Positions 7,318 to 15,613 of a stretch of DNA of 64,000 bases are shown here, one piece after another; position 1 is the first letter of the stretch, and the number at the start of each line of letters is the position of its first letter. The notes beneath the pieces were generated by a model. The model saw only the letters and a list, made by a program, of their open reading frames with translations. It ran no database searches and was not told the DNA's origin. Source of the DNA: a virus. The position numbers and the translations under genes are program-made. The stretch lies in IMG/VR virus record IMGVR_UViG_3300020473_000015. One strand, 5' to 3'.

Positions 7318-8541
7318 ATGAAAAATTCCAAAGATCAACTAACGGAACAAGAGATAAAAAAAATAATCAAAGAAGTTCTTTTAGAAAATCCTGAATTGTT
7401 AGAAGAGTGGGGCATGCCGTCTTGGAAGGATGTTAAGCGCACCTTTAAAAGAGCACAAAATGCGCCGCGATATTGGGCTGGAAGAGCCGCCAATAAAGTC
7501 TATGACTTGACTCAGGGCCCTGCGCCCGACTCAGTATTACAAAGAGGTGGTGGAAAGGTAGATATACCAGCGAGCAAAAAAGAACAAGAAGCTCGAAGAA
7601 AATATAAACTTGCGGACAAAAAATGCGCACAGACGGGCGATCCGAAAGATTGCGCAGAAGCGAAAAAGTTGTTAAAGAAAGCACACGCCATCGCTCAAGG
7701 CGATACGCGTAAAGGCGGGTTCGAGAGAACAGAATGGCACGGCAATTGGAAAGATATAGACATTGCAGGTGGAAAGGGGATAGGATGGCGCACTAGTGGT
7801 GGGTTTACCTCAAAGGACAGATATAAGGACGAGACAGAAGACACGCTACAGACCGCTAAAGCTGCAACTGCAATTGCTGCACTTGGAGGCGCAGGGATGG
7901 TTGCTAAACTTGCCCCGGGCATGCTAGCAAAAGGGCCAACCGTTGGAAAGATAATGTCTATTAATCCCATGCAACATGTATTTAGAAAAATGGGTATGAA
8001 TGAAAAATTTGCATCTATTGCAACACTTTTGTTTGATGCTGGTATTGGATTTTCTGAACAGTGGTTTTGCGGATTGAACATTAAAGGAGTTAGAATATAT
8101 GACGATATTTTAAAACATGTAGATCCAGTGCACTATCTTGCCATAATTCCATTGCAGAGGGCATGGCCTGGAGGCAACACAGGGCAATTATTCAGTAGAG
8201 ATATAAAATTTGGCGGGAATGTACCAATTGACTGGACTAATGAAAAGCAAGTGAATTCATTATATGACCATATCAATCAATCAATGATGAATGATGAAGA
8301 TCGAGAAGCTGCTAGAAACCTCAGAGACGATATTACACAGAAAGTTGCACAGTTAAATCGCCTTGCACAAGAAGAAAATATGTGCCCAAAGGCTTATGAA
8401 AAATTGATGCAAATTAAAGGCGCGCAAGAAGAATTAGCAAAAATTATTGGAAAGAATATAGAAAAAGAGACAGAAAAAAATCAGAAAGATTTAGATAAAA
8501 GAAAAAATATTCTGAAAAGACTGAAGGGCAATAACCAATAA
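7318..8541 (+). CDS. hypothetical protein, probably head-associated, with hydrophobic Ala/Gly segment
   Basis: 407 aa. N-terminal LTEQEIKKIIKEVLLE..LLEE motif and central AATAIAALGGAGMVAKLAPG. Confidence 0.7.
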   Translation: MKNSKDQLTEQEIKKIIKEVLLENPELLEEWGMPSWKDVKRTFKRAQNAPRYWAGRAANKVYDLTQGPAPDSVLQRGGGKVDIPASKKEQEARRKYKLADKKCAQTGDPKDCAEAKKLLKKAHAIAQGDTRKGGFERTEWHGNWKDIDIAGGKGIGWRTSGGFTSKDRYKDETEDTLQTAKAATAIAALGGAGMVAKLAPGMLAKGPTVGKIMSINPMQHVFRKMGMNEKFASIATLLFDAGIGFSEQWFCGLNIKGVRIYDDILKHVDPVHYLAIIPLQRAWPGGNTGQLFSRDIKFGGNVPIDWTNEKQVNSLYDHINQSMMNDEDREAARNLRDDITQKVAQLNRLAQEENMCPKAYEKLMQIKGAQEELAKIIGKNIEKETEKNQKDLDKRKNILKRLKGNNQ

Positions 8542-8550
8542 GAGGATAAA

Positions 8551-11334
8551 ATGGGCACATCAGGACACATGCAACACCCTTTTGACATTCCAAGTGTCAA
8601 AACAGGACAAGACTTAATAAATTATTTCGAGAGAATTGTAGAACATCTTTCTGCAAATCCCGGAAGTGTTAAATTCGATGGCATTAATGTAAGCTTTAAA
8701 TTAGTTGATGATGAATCCACTCCAACTGGAAAAGACTTCAGAATGGATCGTGGAACTTCCGCACCAGAATCAGTTATAGGAATGACGGCAGCAGATGCAT
8801 ATAAAAAGTGGCCTGAAGGTCATGGAATGCCCCCAGCAATAGATGAACTCTTAAAAATATTTAATGAAGCGCTGCCACTAATTGAGCCAGAATTAAAAGC
8901 TTTAGGAATGTGGGATGATCCTACAAAATATTTCAATACCGAATATATGAAGAAGGGCAGAACAAACGTTGTTGAATACGGTGAAAAAATATTAGCTCTT
9001 CATGGTGTAAATCAGTTTTATGAAAAGAAAGCACAAGCCCATAGAATTAAAAAAGGCATTGGAATGGATCGCCCAGGTTTAGAAAGACCAATTGATCCAG
9101 AAACTGGAAAGCCAACAAAACATGGAAGCACAGAAGTTCCTTATGATAGCGGAGTTTTACAATCTATTATTGAAAAAGTAAAACCAATTGCAGAACAACA
9201 TGAAGTTAGTTTAGTTGGAGATGTATCAACTGAGATATCTGCAGAAGTTGATTTTTCTGAAACGTTAAGTAAGCCATTTACGATAAATATGACAGACACA
9301 GAAAGCGAAACTCACTCTTTAGGCGAGTGGCTTTCTTCTGCTGTTAATCCTTTTGATGCTAAAGTACAAAAGCGTGATGGTAAACAAGCATGGGCAATAA
9401 GTAAAGAGATTTATTTTGCTGTTTTAAATGGTGTTCCCCTCATGGAAATGTTGGAGACTCCAGAAGACGTTAAAACGGCCATTAACGGCGCTCTTTTCAA
9501 TCATGCGACCCATGAGTTGGGTATGGACGTTAAACGCGCTTCAACAAGCTCTAAAGGCGGTTTAGAGGGTCATGAAGGTATTGTGATTAGAGGCATCGAT
9601 GATAGACCTGTGAAAGTCACTGGAGATTTTATTGTAAAAGGCGCTGGTGGAGCAATAAAGGATAAAATTAAAGCCTCCAAAGAAAAAGAGACTCTTGCTG
9701 AAATTGCAGATGAGCCGATAGATTTAGAATTTGAGATAGGAGATAATTTCGAAGAAGAGCCTGTTGAAAGAAAAATGGTCGCAATTTATCCTGGTAGATT
9801 TCAGCCTATGGGAAGACATCATGCTGAAGTCTATAAAGCTTTGCTAAATGATGAAAGATTTGATGATGTTTTCATATCGACGTCAGATAAAGTTGAGATG
9901 CCGAAGTCTCCATTCAATTTTAAAGAAAAGCAAGAAATTGCTGCTGGGCATGATATAGACCCATCTAAAATTGTACAAACTAAAAATCCCTACAATGCAG
10001 TTGAAATAACTAACAGTCTCGATCCTGAAACTGTTGTTGTTTATTTTGTGGGATGTAAAGATATGGATGCTGATCCAAACGTTTGTGATGGTACAAAACC
10101 AAGATTCCCTAGAGAAAGCTTGGGAGGAATGACTAAAAAAGGCACACCAAGATATTTTAGAGCTTTTGAGGATGAAGAAGATTTTAAAGGAGTGAAAGAT
10201 CATGCTTATATAGCTGTTGCTCCTCACATAGAAATTGAAATTCCAGAGCTTGGTGAGATGTCTGGTACGACAATAAGACAAGCGCTTCAAACAGCAGAGC
10301 CTGAAAAATTTGAAAGCATTATGGGATTCTATGATCCTGTTGTATATGATATGATTAAATCAAAGTTAAACTCTGAGCAAGAAGAATTACAGGAGGTTTC
10401 CCAGTTGCCTCTGGGTATCTTTCTTGGGTTAATTGAAGAAGTATTAAATGAAGTTGATCCAGTTGCGATGTATGGAGCGAATATTGCTAATGTTCCGGAA
10501 GTAGCATATAAATCTTATGGCACCAAGCAAGAACTAAATGAGATATACAGTGAAGATTATTCAGAAAAAGAATCTAGAGAAAATTTATTTGATGAACAAT
10601 ATCAAGAAGCTGTTGATGAAAGTGAATATAAACAAAAATATTATGATTTATTTATATCACAGCAAGATGCTAAGAAAATGTTGGATACATTAAATAATTC
10701 CTTCCCCGATTGGAAAGATCAAGAAGTATTACCTAGTGAATTTGACGATATCGAAGAAAAACTACATAAAGATGATTTGTGGAATGTTATCAAAGACACA
10801 AAATTATCAGATGGGGATATAACTTATAAAGAAATTTTGAATAAAAATGCTTTTGCCAACGCAACTAGGGAAAATGCACGATGGATTCAAGGCCCTAGAG
10901 AAATGCTACAAGACGAAGAAAAGATATATGGTGGGCGTGATCGAAATGCTCAAACTTATCCTTCTGAAAAAAGGGCTGTCTGGGCATGGAGCGTCGAAGG
11001 AAGAGGAAATTATTTAGGCTTTTCTCCAAAAGATATGGTAAAGGCCTCCAAAAGATACATTTATCCATATGCCAAATATTATATAAAATATTTTATGGAA
11101 GAATTATTTGAAGTTGTTGATGACACTATCAAAAATATGGATGCATATGCTAGCTTCCTATCTGATATATGGCATAAAATGAGTGATACCCCAATTGAGC
11201 AAAAAGAAGATTTAGAGGAAATATCTGCCATGGGAGCAGGAGCAGTAGAAGGTGGTGGCAGAACAGATGAACAAGAGGGGTTAATTAGAGAGGTTGAAGA
11301 CTATTTATATAAGCTATTAGGAGTCACAGAATGA
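8551..11334 (+). CDS. fusion of a ligase-fold (KxDG) nucleotidyltransferase domain, a HIGH-superfamily cytidylyltransferase-like domain and an acidic C-terminal module
   Basis: VKFDG (8668-8682), NTEY, HEGIVI (9571) and VKVTG match ligase motifs I, III, IV and V. IYPGRFQPMGRHH (9784-9822) and MSGTTIR match HUP-fold nucleotidyltransferase motifs. SD GAGGA. Confidence 0.75.
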   Translation: MGTSGHMQHPFDIPSVKTGQDLINYFERIVEHLSANPGSVKFDGINVSFKLVDDESTPTGKDFRMDRGTSAPESVIGMTAADAYKKWPEGHGMPPAIDELLKIFNEALPLIEPELKALGMWDDPTKYFNTEYMKKGRTNVVEYGEKILALHGVNQFYEKKAQAHRIKKGIGMDRPGLERPIDPETGKPTKHGSTEVPYDSGVLQSIIEKVKPIAEQHEVSLVGDVSTEISAEVDFSETLSKPFTINMTDTESETHSLGEWLSSAVNPFDAKVQKRDGKQAWAISKEIYFAVLNGVPLMEMLETPEDVKTAINGALFNHATHELGMDVKRASTSSKGGLEGHEGIVIRGIDDRPVKVTGDFIVKGAGGAIKDKIKASKEKETLAEIADEPIDLEFEIGDNFEEEPVERKMVAIYPGRFQPMGRHHAEVYKALLNDERFDDVFISTSDKVEMPKSPFNFKEKQEIAAGHDIDPSKIVQTKNPYNAVEITNSLDPETVVVYFVGCKDMDADPNVCDGTKPRFPRESLGGMTKKGTPRYFRAFEDEEDFKGVKDHAYIAVAPHIEIEIPELGEMSGTTIRQALQTAEPEKFESIMGFYDPVVYDMIKSKLNSEQEELQEVSQLPLGIFLGLIEEVLNEVDPVAMYGANIANVPEVAYKSYGTKQELNEIYSEDYSEKESRENLFDEQYQEAVDESEYKQKYYDLFISQQDAKKMLDTLNNSFPDWKDQEVLPSEFDDIEEKLHKDDLWNVIKDTKLSDGDITYKEILNKNAFANATRENARWIQGPREMLQDEEKIYGGRDRNAQTYPSEKRAVWAWSVEGRGNYLGFSPKDMVKASKRYIYPYAKYYIKYFMEELFEVVDDTIKNMDAYASFLSDIWHKMSDTPIEQKEDLEEISAMGAGAVEGGGRTDEQEGLIREVEDYLYKLLGVTE
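11300..11309 (+). promoter_or_regulatory. putative phage late promoter (ACTATTTATA)
   Basis: Lies inside the 3' end of the upstream gene, followed by SD AGGAG and ATG 11331. Confidence 0.6.
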
Positions 11335-12101
11335 ACCCACAAGAACAACAGTTAAGATTATTAATCCGTGAAGGCATGCGTATTGTTAAAAATAAAAGAG
11401 ATGCGCAGCTTTTAGAAGAGCAAAGATTGAGAAAAATTATTAGAGGCCTTATTTCTGAAGTATCTAAGAAAACTGCAGTTGCTGATAAAGTTGTTCATAA
11501 AAATACTGGTATAAATAAATTAGATGCACTTCTTAAACGCATCATTACTCAAATTGAAGATGCATACACTAATTTGTCTTCTAGTGAAGAAGAGAGAAAA
11601 TCATTTAGATACCACTTCTTAGTTAATTTTAAAAATCTGTTAGCTCCGGTCGATGCAAATAGAGATGCACCTAATAGAGAAAAGATGGCACTAGCAGAAC
11701 AAGATTTTAAAGTAGGTGTTGAACAGGATGATGTGACTAGCGAACCAGATCCAGATAAATTTCTACCCTCAAGACCTCAAGATATTGAAGCAGCAAAGGC
11801 TGAAGAGGAGGAGGAAGGAAAAACGTTTGAAAAATTAGACTCTTCCGACCCTTATGTTAGACAAGGCGCCGAAGCAGCAGAGACCGCTCTAAACGATGTA
11901 GAGACTCAAATTGTTAATTCATACGAGGGACTTATCGTACCAGAGGACGCAGCTGCATTCAAAGATTGGGGCTTAACTAATCTTAAATTGTACTTTGATA
12001 TGTTTGAAGATGAAATGACTAGTGATGTTGGAGAGGAACCAGAAAGTCCTGATTATCCTGCTGGAGATGATACTTTAAAAGAAGTAATATATGATATATA
12101 A
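11331..12101 (+). CDS. acidic hypothetical protein, probably head-associated
   Basis: 256 aa, with two N-terminal LRxxIR..E helices (QLRLLIRE, RLRKIIRGLISE). Confidence 0.75.
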   Translation: MNPQEQQLRLLIREGMRIVKNKRDAQLLEEQRLRKIIRGLISEVSKKTAVADKVVHKNTGINKLDALLKRIITQIEDAYTNLSSSEEERKSFRYHFLVNFKNLLAPVDANRDAPNREKMALAEQDFKVGVEQDDVTSEPDPDKFLPSRPQDIEAAKAEEEEEGKTFEKLDSSDPYVRQGAEAAETALNDVETQIVNSYEGLIVPEDAAAFKDWGLTNLKLYFDMFEDEMTSDVGEEPESPDYPAGDDTLKEVIYDI

Positions 12102-12197
12102 TATATAAGTATTTTTTATTAATTAATTTATTAATATTATTAGTAAGTTATAATTAACTATAAAAATATTATATCATATTCAATAATTAAATTTAAG
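12102..12197. other. extremely AT-rich intergenic island
   Basis: Hand count gives 7 G/C in 96 nt. Contains the inverted repeat AGTTA-TAAT-TAACT (12146-12159), which overlaps a TATAAT. Confidence 0.8.
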
Positions 12198-12560
12198 ATG
12201 GCTTGGAAAAAGAAAAGAAGACTTTCTGGTAAAAACGCTCACTATAGCGTATCTAAAGTTTTAAGAAAAAAACAATTATCCTCAGAAGAATTTGAACTGA
12301 TGTTGAATTCACTCTCCTTAGAAGATGTCATCGCACTCAAACTGGAATTATCTACAAAACCATTTGGTGGAAAATGTTTTGGTATACCTATTTGGCATTC
12401 CACCAGAGAGATCGTACAAGATGCCATGTTAAAAATGGCCCTTTCTACCACTAGATCTAAAAGAGAAGGGGCAAGATTTTTAGGTTTACTTCCTAATGAT
12501 TTCAGACATTTATTAAAAAAATATAATACAGAAAACTTTTTTGAAGAAAGCGATGAATAA
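12198..12560 (+). CDS. fis: Fis-like nucleoid/transcription regulator
   Basis: LEDVIALKL..FGG..IWHSTREIVQDAMLKMALSTTRSKREGARFLGL...LLKKY aligns by eye with the four helices and HTH of E. coli Fis ([46 protein letters not shown]...KLKKY). Confidence 0.65.
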   Translation: MAWKKKRRLSGKNAHYSVSKVLRKKQLSSEEFELMLNSLSLEDVIALKLELSTKPFGGKCFGIPIWHSTREIVQDAMLKMALSTTRSKREGARFLGLLPNDFRHLLKKYNTENFFEESDE

Positions 12561-12563
12561 TTA

Positions 12564-12592
12564 TTGCATATTGTTGTAATATATAATATAAT
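12564..12592 (+). promoter_or_regulatory. sigma70-type promoter of tmRNA
   Basis: TTGCAT (12564-12569), 17 nt spacer, TATAAT (12587-12592). Leaves a leader of about 12 nt before the mature 5' end. Confidence 0.8.
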
Positions 12593-12610
12593 AATGCAGT
12601 ACTTTGACAT

Positions 12611-12990
12611 GGGGGTGAAACGGTTTCGACAGAGAGTTGAGATATTGGCGTGCAAGACTGTGTAAGTAGCACAGTAAAAATACTTAAATTTTATAAATGC
12701 CAACGATAATGTTGAATTTGATTATGCACTAGCTGCTTAATCGGAAGTTTTTAGTAACTTTCTTAAGAAATACTAAACGTTTCCAGTTTTAAGAAAAACT
12801 GGTGGTACGCGTAGCGGGAATTAGATTATATAGGAAACTATATATTTTTTGGTAGCCAACACCTTAAGATTGGTAAATGGATACCCTGATTCGATCAGGT
12901 GGCTGATACTTGGGCGGTTAAGTGTCTATTCTTGTGAACGACGGCAATGTTAATGCTTTTTGGACTCGGGTTCGACTCCCGACACCTCCA
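12611..12990 (+). ncRNA. ssrA: tmRNA (one-piece)
   Basis: 5' GGGGGTGAAACGGTTTCGAC. 3' T-arm CGGGTTCGACTCCCG, then CACCTCC-A, giving an acceptor stem with the G3:U70 Ala identity pair. pk1 stems ACTGTG/CACAGT and AAGTA/TACTT. CCA is not encoded. Confidence 0.97.
12699..12740 (+). other. tmRNA tag reading frame ANDNVEFDYALAA*
   Basis: ATAAAT precedes the resume codon GCC. The tag ends YALAA-TAA, a canonical ClpXP-type degron. Confidence 0.95.
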
Positions 12991-13011
12991 CTAAATTAAA
13001 AAGGAAATAAT

Positions 13012-13284
13012 ATGTCGACAGAAACAACTACTAAAACATGGAAAACAATTGCGCAATTTGACACCTATAATCAAGCTGATGATTATAGAAATAATATCAT
13101 GAGTGATCATGAGCTTGTAAAAGTCAAACGTGGCAAAGATACATATAGAGTTAAAATATGGAATCCCCCAGTTATAAAAGAAGAAACTAAAAAGGTTAAA
13201 AATAAATTCAAAAAAGGTGATAATAATAACCGGAGGAGAAAAAATGACAACAAAAAGATTCGCAATGGATCGGAACAACAATAA
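13012..13284 (+). CDS. hypothetical protein with basic tail
   Basis: 90 aa ORF with SD AAGGA, directly after tmRNA. Confidence 0.7.
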   Translation: MSTETTTKTWKTIAQFDTYNQADDYRNNIMSDHELVKVKRGKDTYRVKIWNPPVIKEETKKVKNKFKKGDNNNRRRKNDNKKIRNGSEQQ

Positions 13285-13456
13285 ATTATTTATTGGAAGT
13301 ACAGTCAAATACAAGTCAAATTTATTTTTAGTTGAAGATATAGATTATTTATCGTGGAATACAAACCAATACTTAACACTGTCTTCTGTAAAAAATAAAA
13401 ACAAGAAATTACAATTTATTTCTCCAAATGAAGTGAGGGTTATTTATAAACTATGA
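13244..13456 (+). CDS. small beta-rich hypothetical protein (possible SH3/KOW-like)
   Basis: Strong SD GGAGGAG (13232-13238) before ATG 13244. Pattern D-x-N-x-x-x-L-x-x-G-x-x-V. Confidence 0.65.
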   Translation: MTTKRFAMDRNNNKLFIGSTVKYKSNLFLVEDIDYLSWNTNQYLTLSSVKNKNKKLQFISPNEVRVIYKL

Positions 13457-14538
13457 AAAAGAATGTTTTAATAATTGGTACAGGTACAATTGGTGAGCCA
13501 TTAATTGGTTTGTTAGCGGATCTCAAAGATGAGTTTAATATTAATGTATTTTTTCACAAAAGAACACCATTAGTAGATGAATATGCAAAAGTGGAAAGCT
13601 TATGTGATAGGGGAGCTAAATTAACCGTTGATCAAGAAAAGTGGAATGAATTTTTACAACTCAGACATAAACCAAATTTTAATTTTGAGAGGGCGCTTAG
13701 TATTGCAAATGTGGTGATTGATTGTACTCCATCTGGAAACGATAATAAAGAAAGAAATTATCTACCTATTGTTAAAGAAGAAGAGAATTTTGGTTGTGGA
13801 AAAAGAAAAAGAATATTTATTGCACAAGGAAGCGAAAAAGGTTTTGGACTGCCATATGCATATGGAATTAACGATTCTGCTTTAGTTAGATCTACACCAA
13901 ATTTTGTACAAGTTGTAAGTTGTAATACTCATAATATATGCAGTATATTAAAGAGTCTTTCTCCAGAATTAGATACAATTATTGATTCTGATTTCACTTG
14001 CATAAGAAGGGCGAATGATATTAGTCAAAATGGTAGTTTCATTGCTTCCCCGCAGGTTGGAGGCCATCCGGATAATACTTTTGGTACTCATCATGCTAGA
14101 GACGCATCGAGAGTCTTAGAAACAATGTATTATAATTTACCAATCTATTCAAGTGCTATGAAGATCAACTCACAATATATGCACACAATTAGATTTAATG
14201 TTACATTAGCTGGACATCATGATAAACAAAGCGTCGAGCATATGTTTAGAGAAAACCCATTTATTGCGCTAACATACAAAAACCTAGCTAATAAAGTATT
14301 TTCTTTTGGTAGGGATCATGGATATTATGGAAGAATATTTAATCAGGCCGTGATATCACTACCCTCTTTGGGGGTAACTAGTTTGGGTGGGACAACCAAA
14401 GTAACAGGCTTTTGTTTTACCCCTCAAGACGGAAACTCTTTATTAAGTAGTATTGCTGCAGCCTTATATGGATTGTATGGTAAAGACTATGAAGAAAAGA
14501 TGAAAGTACTCAACAAACATCTTTTTTCGGAGATTTAG
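13453..14538 (+). CDS. class II (archaeal-type) glyceraldehyde-3-phosphate dehydrogenase homolog
   Basis: IIGTGTIG Rossmann motif, VIDCTPSG, QVVSCNT (catalytic Cys), IRRAND, HHARD and YMH follow the class II GAPDH motif order. Confidence 0.8.
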   Translation: MKKNVLIIGTGTIGEPLIGLLADLKDEFNINVFFHKRTPLVDEYAKVESLCDRGAKLTVDQEKWNEFLQLRHKPNFNFERALSIANVVIDCTPSGNDNKERNYLPIVKEEENFGCGKRKRIFIAQGSEKGFGLPYAYGINDSALVRSTPNFVQVVSCNTHNICSILKSLSPELDTIIDSDFTCIRRANDISQNGSFIASPQVGGHPDNTFGTHHARDASRVLETMYYNLPIYSSAMKINSQYMHTIRFNVTLAGHHDKQSVEHMFRENPFIALTYKNLANKVFSFGRDHGYYGRIFNQAVISLPSLGVTSLGGTTKVTGFCFTPQDGNSLLSSIAAALYGLYGKDYEEKMKVLNKHLFSEI

Positions 14539-14539
14539 G

Positions 14540-14866
14540 GTGAAGTATTCATATGATTACATATGTGAACCACGAAGAATAACAATACAAGCTAAAAGTA
14601 CGCCTCACAATAGTAAAGGAATTACTATTACTTTTTTTGTCGATGATAAAGAAGCACATACAATATATTCACAACTTAGCACTTACTCTCCCACACAAAG
14701 CGATATTAGTGAACATGTTGCCAAATATTGCAGCAGAATAAAGAGATTAACAGAAGAGAAAATTCAAAATGAGTGCGATGAAGATAATATCATGCGTATG
14801 CTTTATGTTAAAAGGTTCTTAACAAAGGTTCAAAAGAAATCTGGTACAACTATATGGAAACTATAA
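14540..14866 (+). CDS. hypothetical protein
   Basis: 108 aa, GTG start with SD GGAG, abutting the GAPDH stop. Confidence 0.55.
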   Translation: MKYSYDYICEPRRITIQAKSTPHNSKGITITFFVDDKEAHTIYSQLSTYSPTQSDISEHVAKYCSRIKRLTEEKIQNECDEDNIMRMLYVKRFLTKVQKKSGTTIWKL

Positions 14867-15613
14867 ATCAGAGTACTTCTTTATACCTTCTCTTATAAAT
14901 TTACTTAAAACTTTAAATCGTGGACCTAATGTTACTGTTGGAAATCTTATATGTAAAGAGTGAATTATCCCAACCAATTCAAAATTGTTATTCAGCACCA
15001 TTGATCCTGATGAACCACCAGCAGCTGGAATAGAATACATTGCACACCCATGAAAAGAAACACCATTATAGCGACCTTCCAAAATGGGCACCATACCTTC
15101 ATTAAATATACCTGCAGGGGCAGCAATATTAAAAAGCTTTGCGCCTGGAAGTGGTTTATTGAGGGCTAATTTTACGGGAGGTTTTTTTAAGTTTTCTGCA
15201 TAAAGCATGCATATATCATTTTGCCTTAAACTGTCTCTTTTTACTATTTTTGCTTCAAATTCCTCTCCAGTTAGTGTTGTTAAAATTAATTTTTGTTTTG
15301 TTCTGGGGCTTGATGGCCTACAGACATGATCTGCTGTTATAACTAAGCTTCCATTTACAGTATTATAGACTACGAATGCGGATCCGCTCGATGCTCCACC
15401 GCTATTAATAATAACACACTCTTCCTTTTCATCGGTTGTGTAGCAGTATTCATAATACTCTTTTGCTAAAATGTGTAGAAATGAATCTCTTGGTAAATAT
15501 TTTACAGTCCTTTCTGTATTATAGTTGTAGCCTATGGGTGTAGAATTAATACTAAGTGAGCATGTGGACATCATTAGCGAAATCATAAACAATGATATTA
15601 TTTTTAATTTCAT
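14861..15613 (-). CDS. secreted trypsin-like (S1) serine protease
   Basis: Catalytic triad motifs ITADHVC, NDIC and GGSSGS. N-terminal signal peptide ending in Cys (possible lipoprotein). Confidence 0.9.
   Translation of the reverse strand: MKLKIISLFMISLMMSTCSLSINSTPIGYNYNTERTVKYLPRDSFLHILAKEYYEYCYTTDEKEECVIINSGGASSGSAFVVYNTVNGSLVITADHVCRPSSPRTKQKLILTTLTGEEFEAKIVKRDSLRQNDICMLYAENLKKPPVKLALNKPLPGAKLFNIAAPAGIFNEGMVPILEGRYNGVSFHGCAMYSIPAAGGSSGSMVLNNNFELVGIIHSLHIRFPTVTLGPRFKVLSKFIREGIKKYSDL

Noticed and set aside
12102-12197. Canonical Fis site (G-N13-C)
   Set aside because: I checked every G and C in the island and no pair is 14 nt apart, so only a general AT-rich or inverted-repeat argument remains.
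13453-14538. Archaeal virus or archaeal host
   Set aside because: tmRNA, sigma70 promoters, the gp55-like sigma and the murein endopeptidase all indicate a bacterial host.
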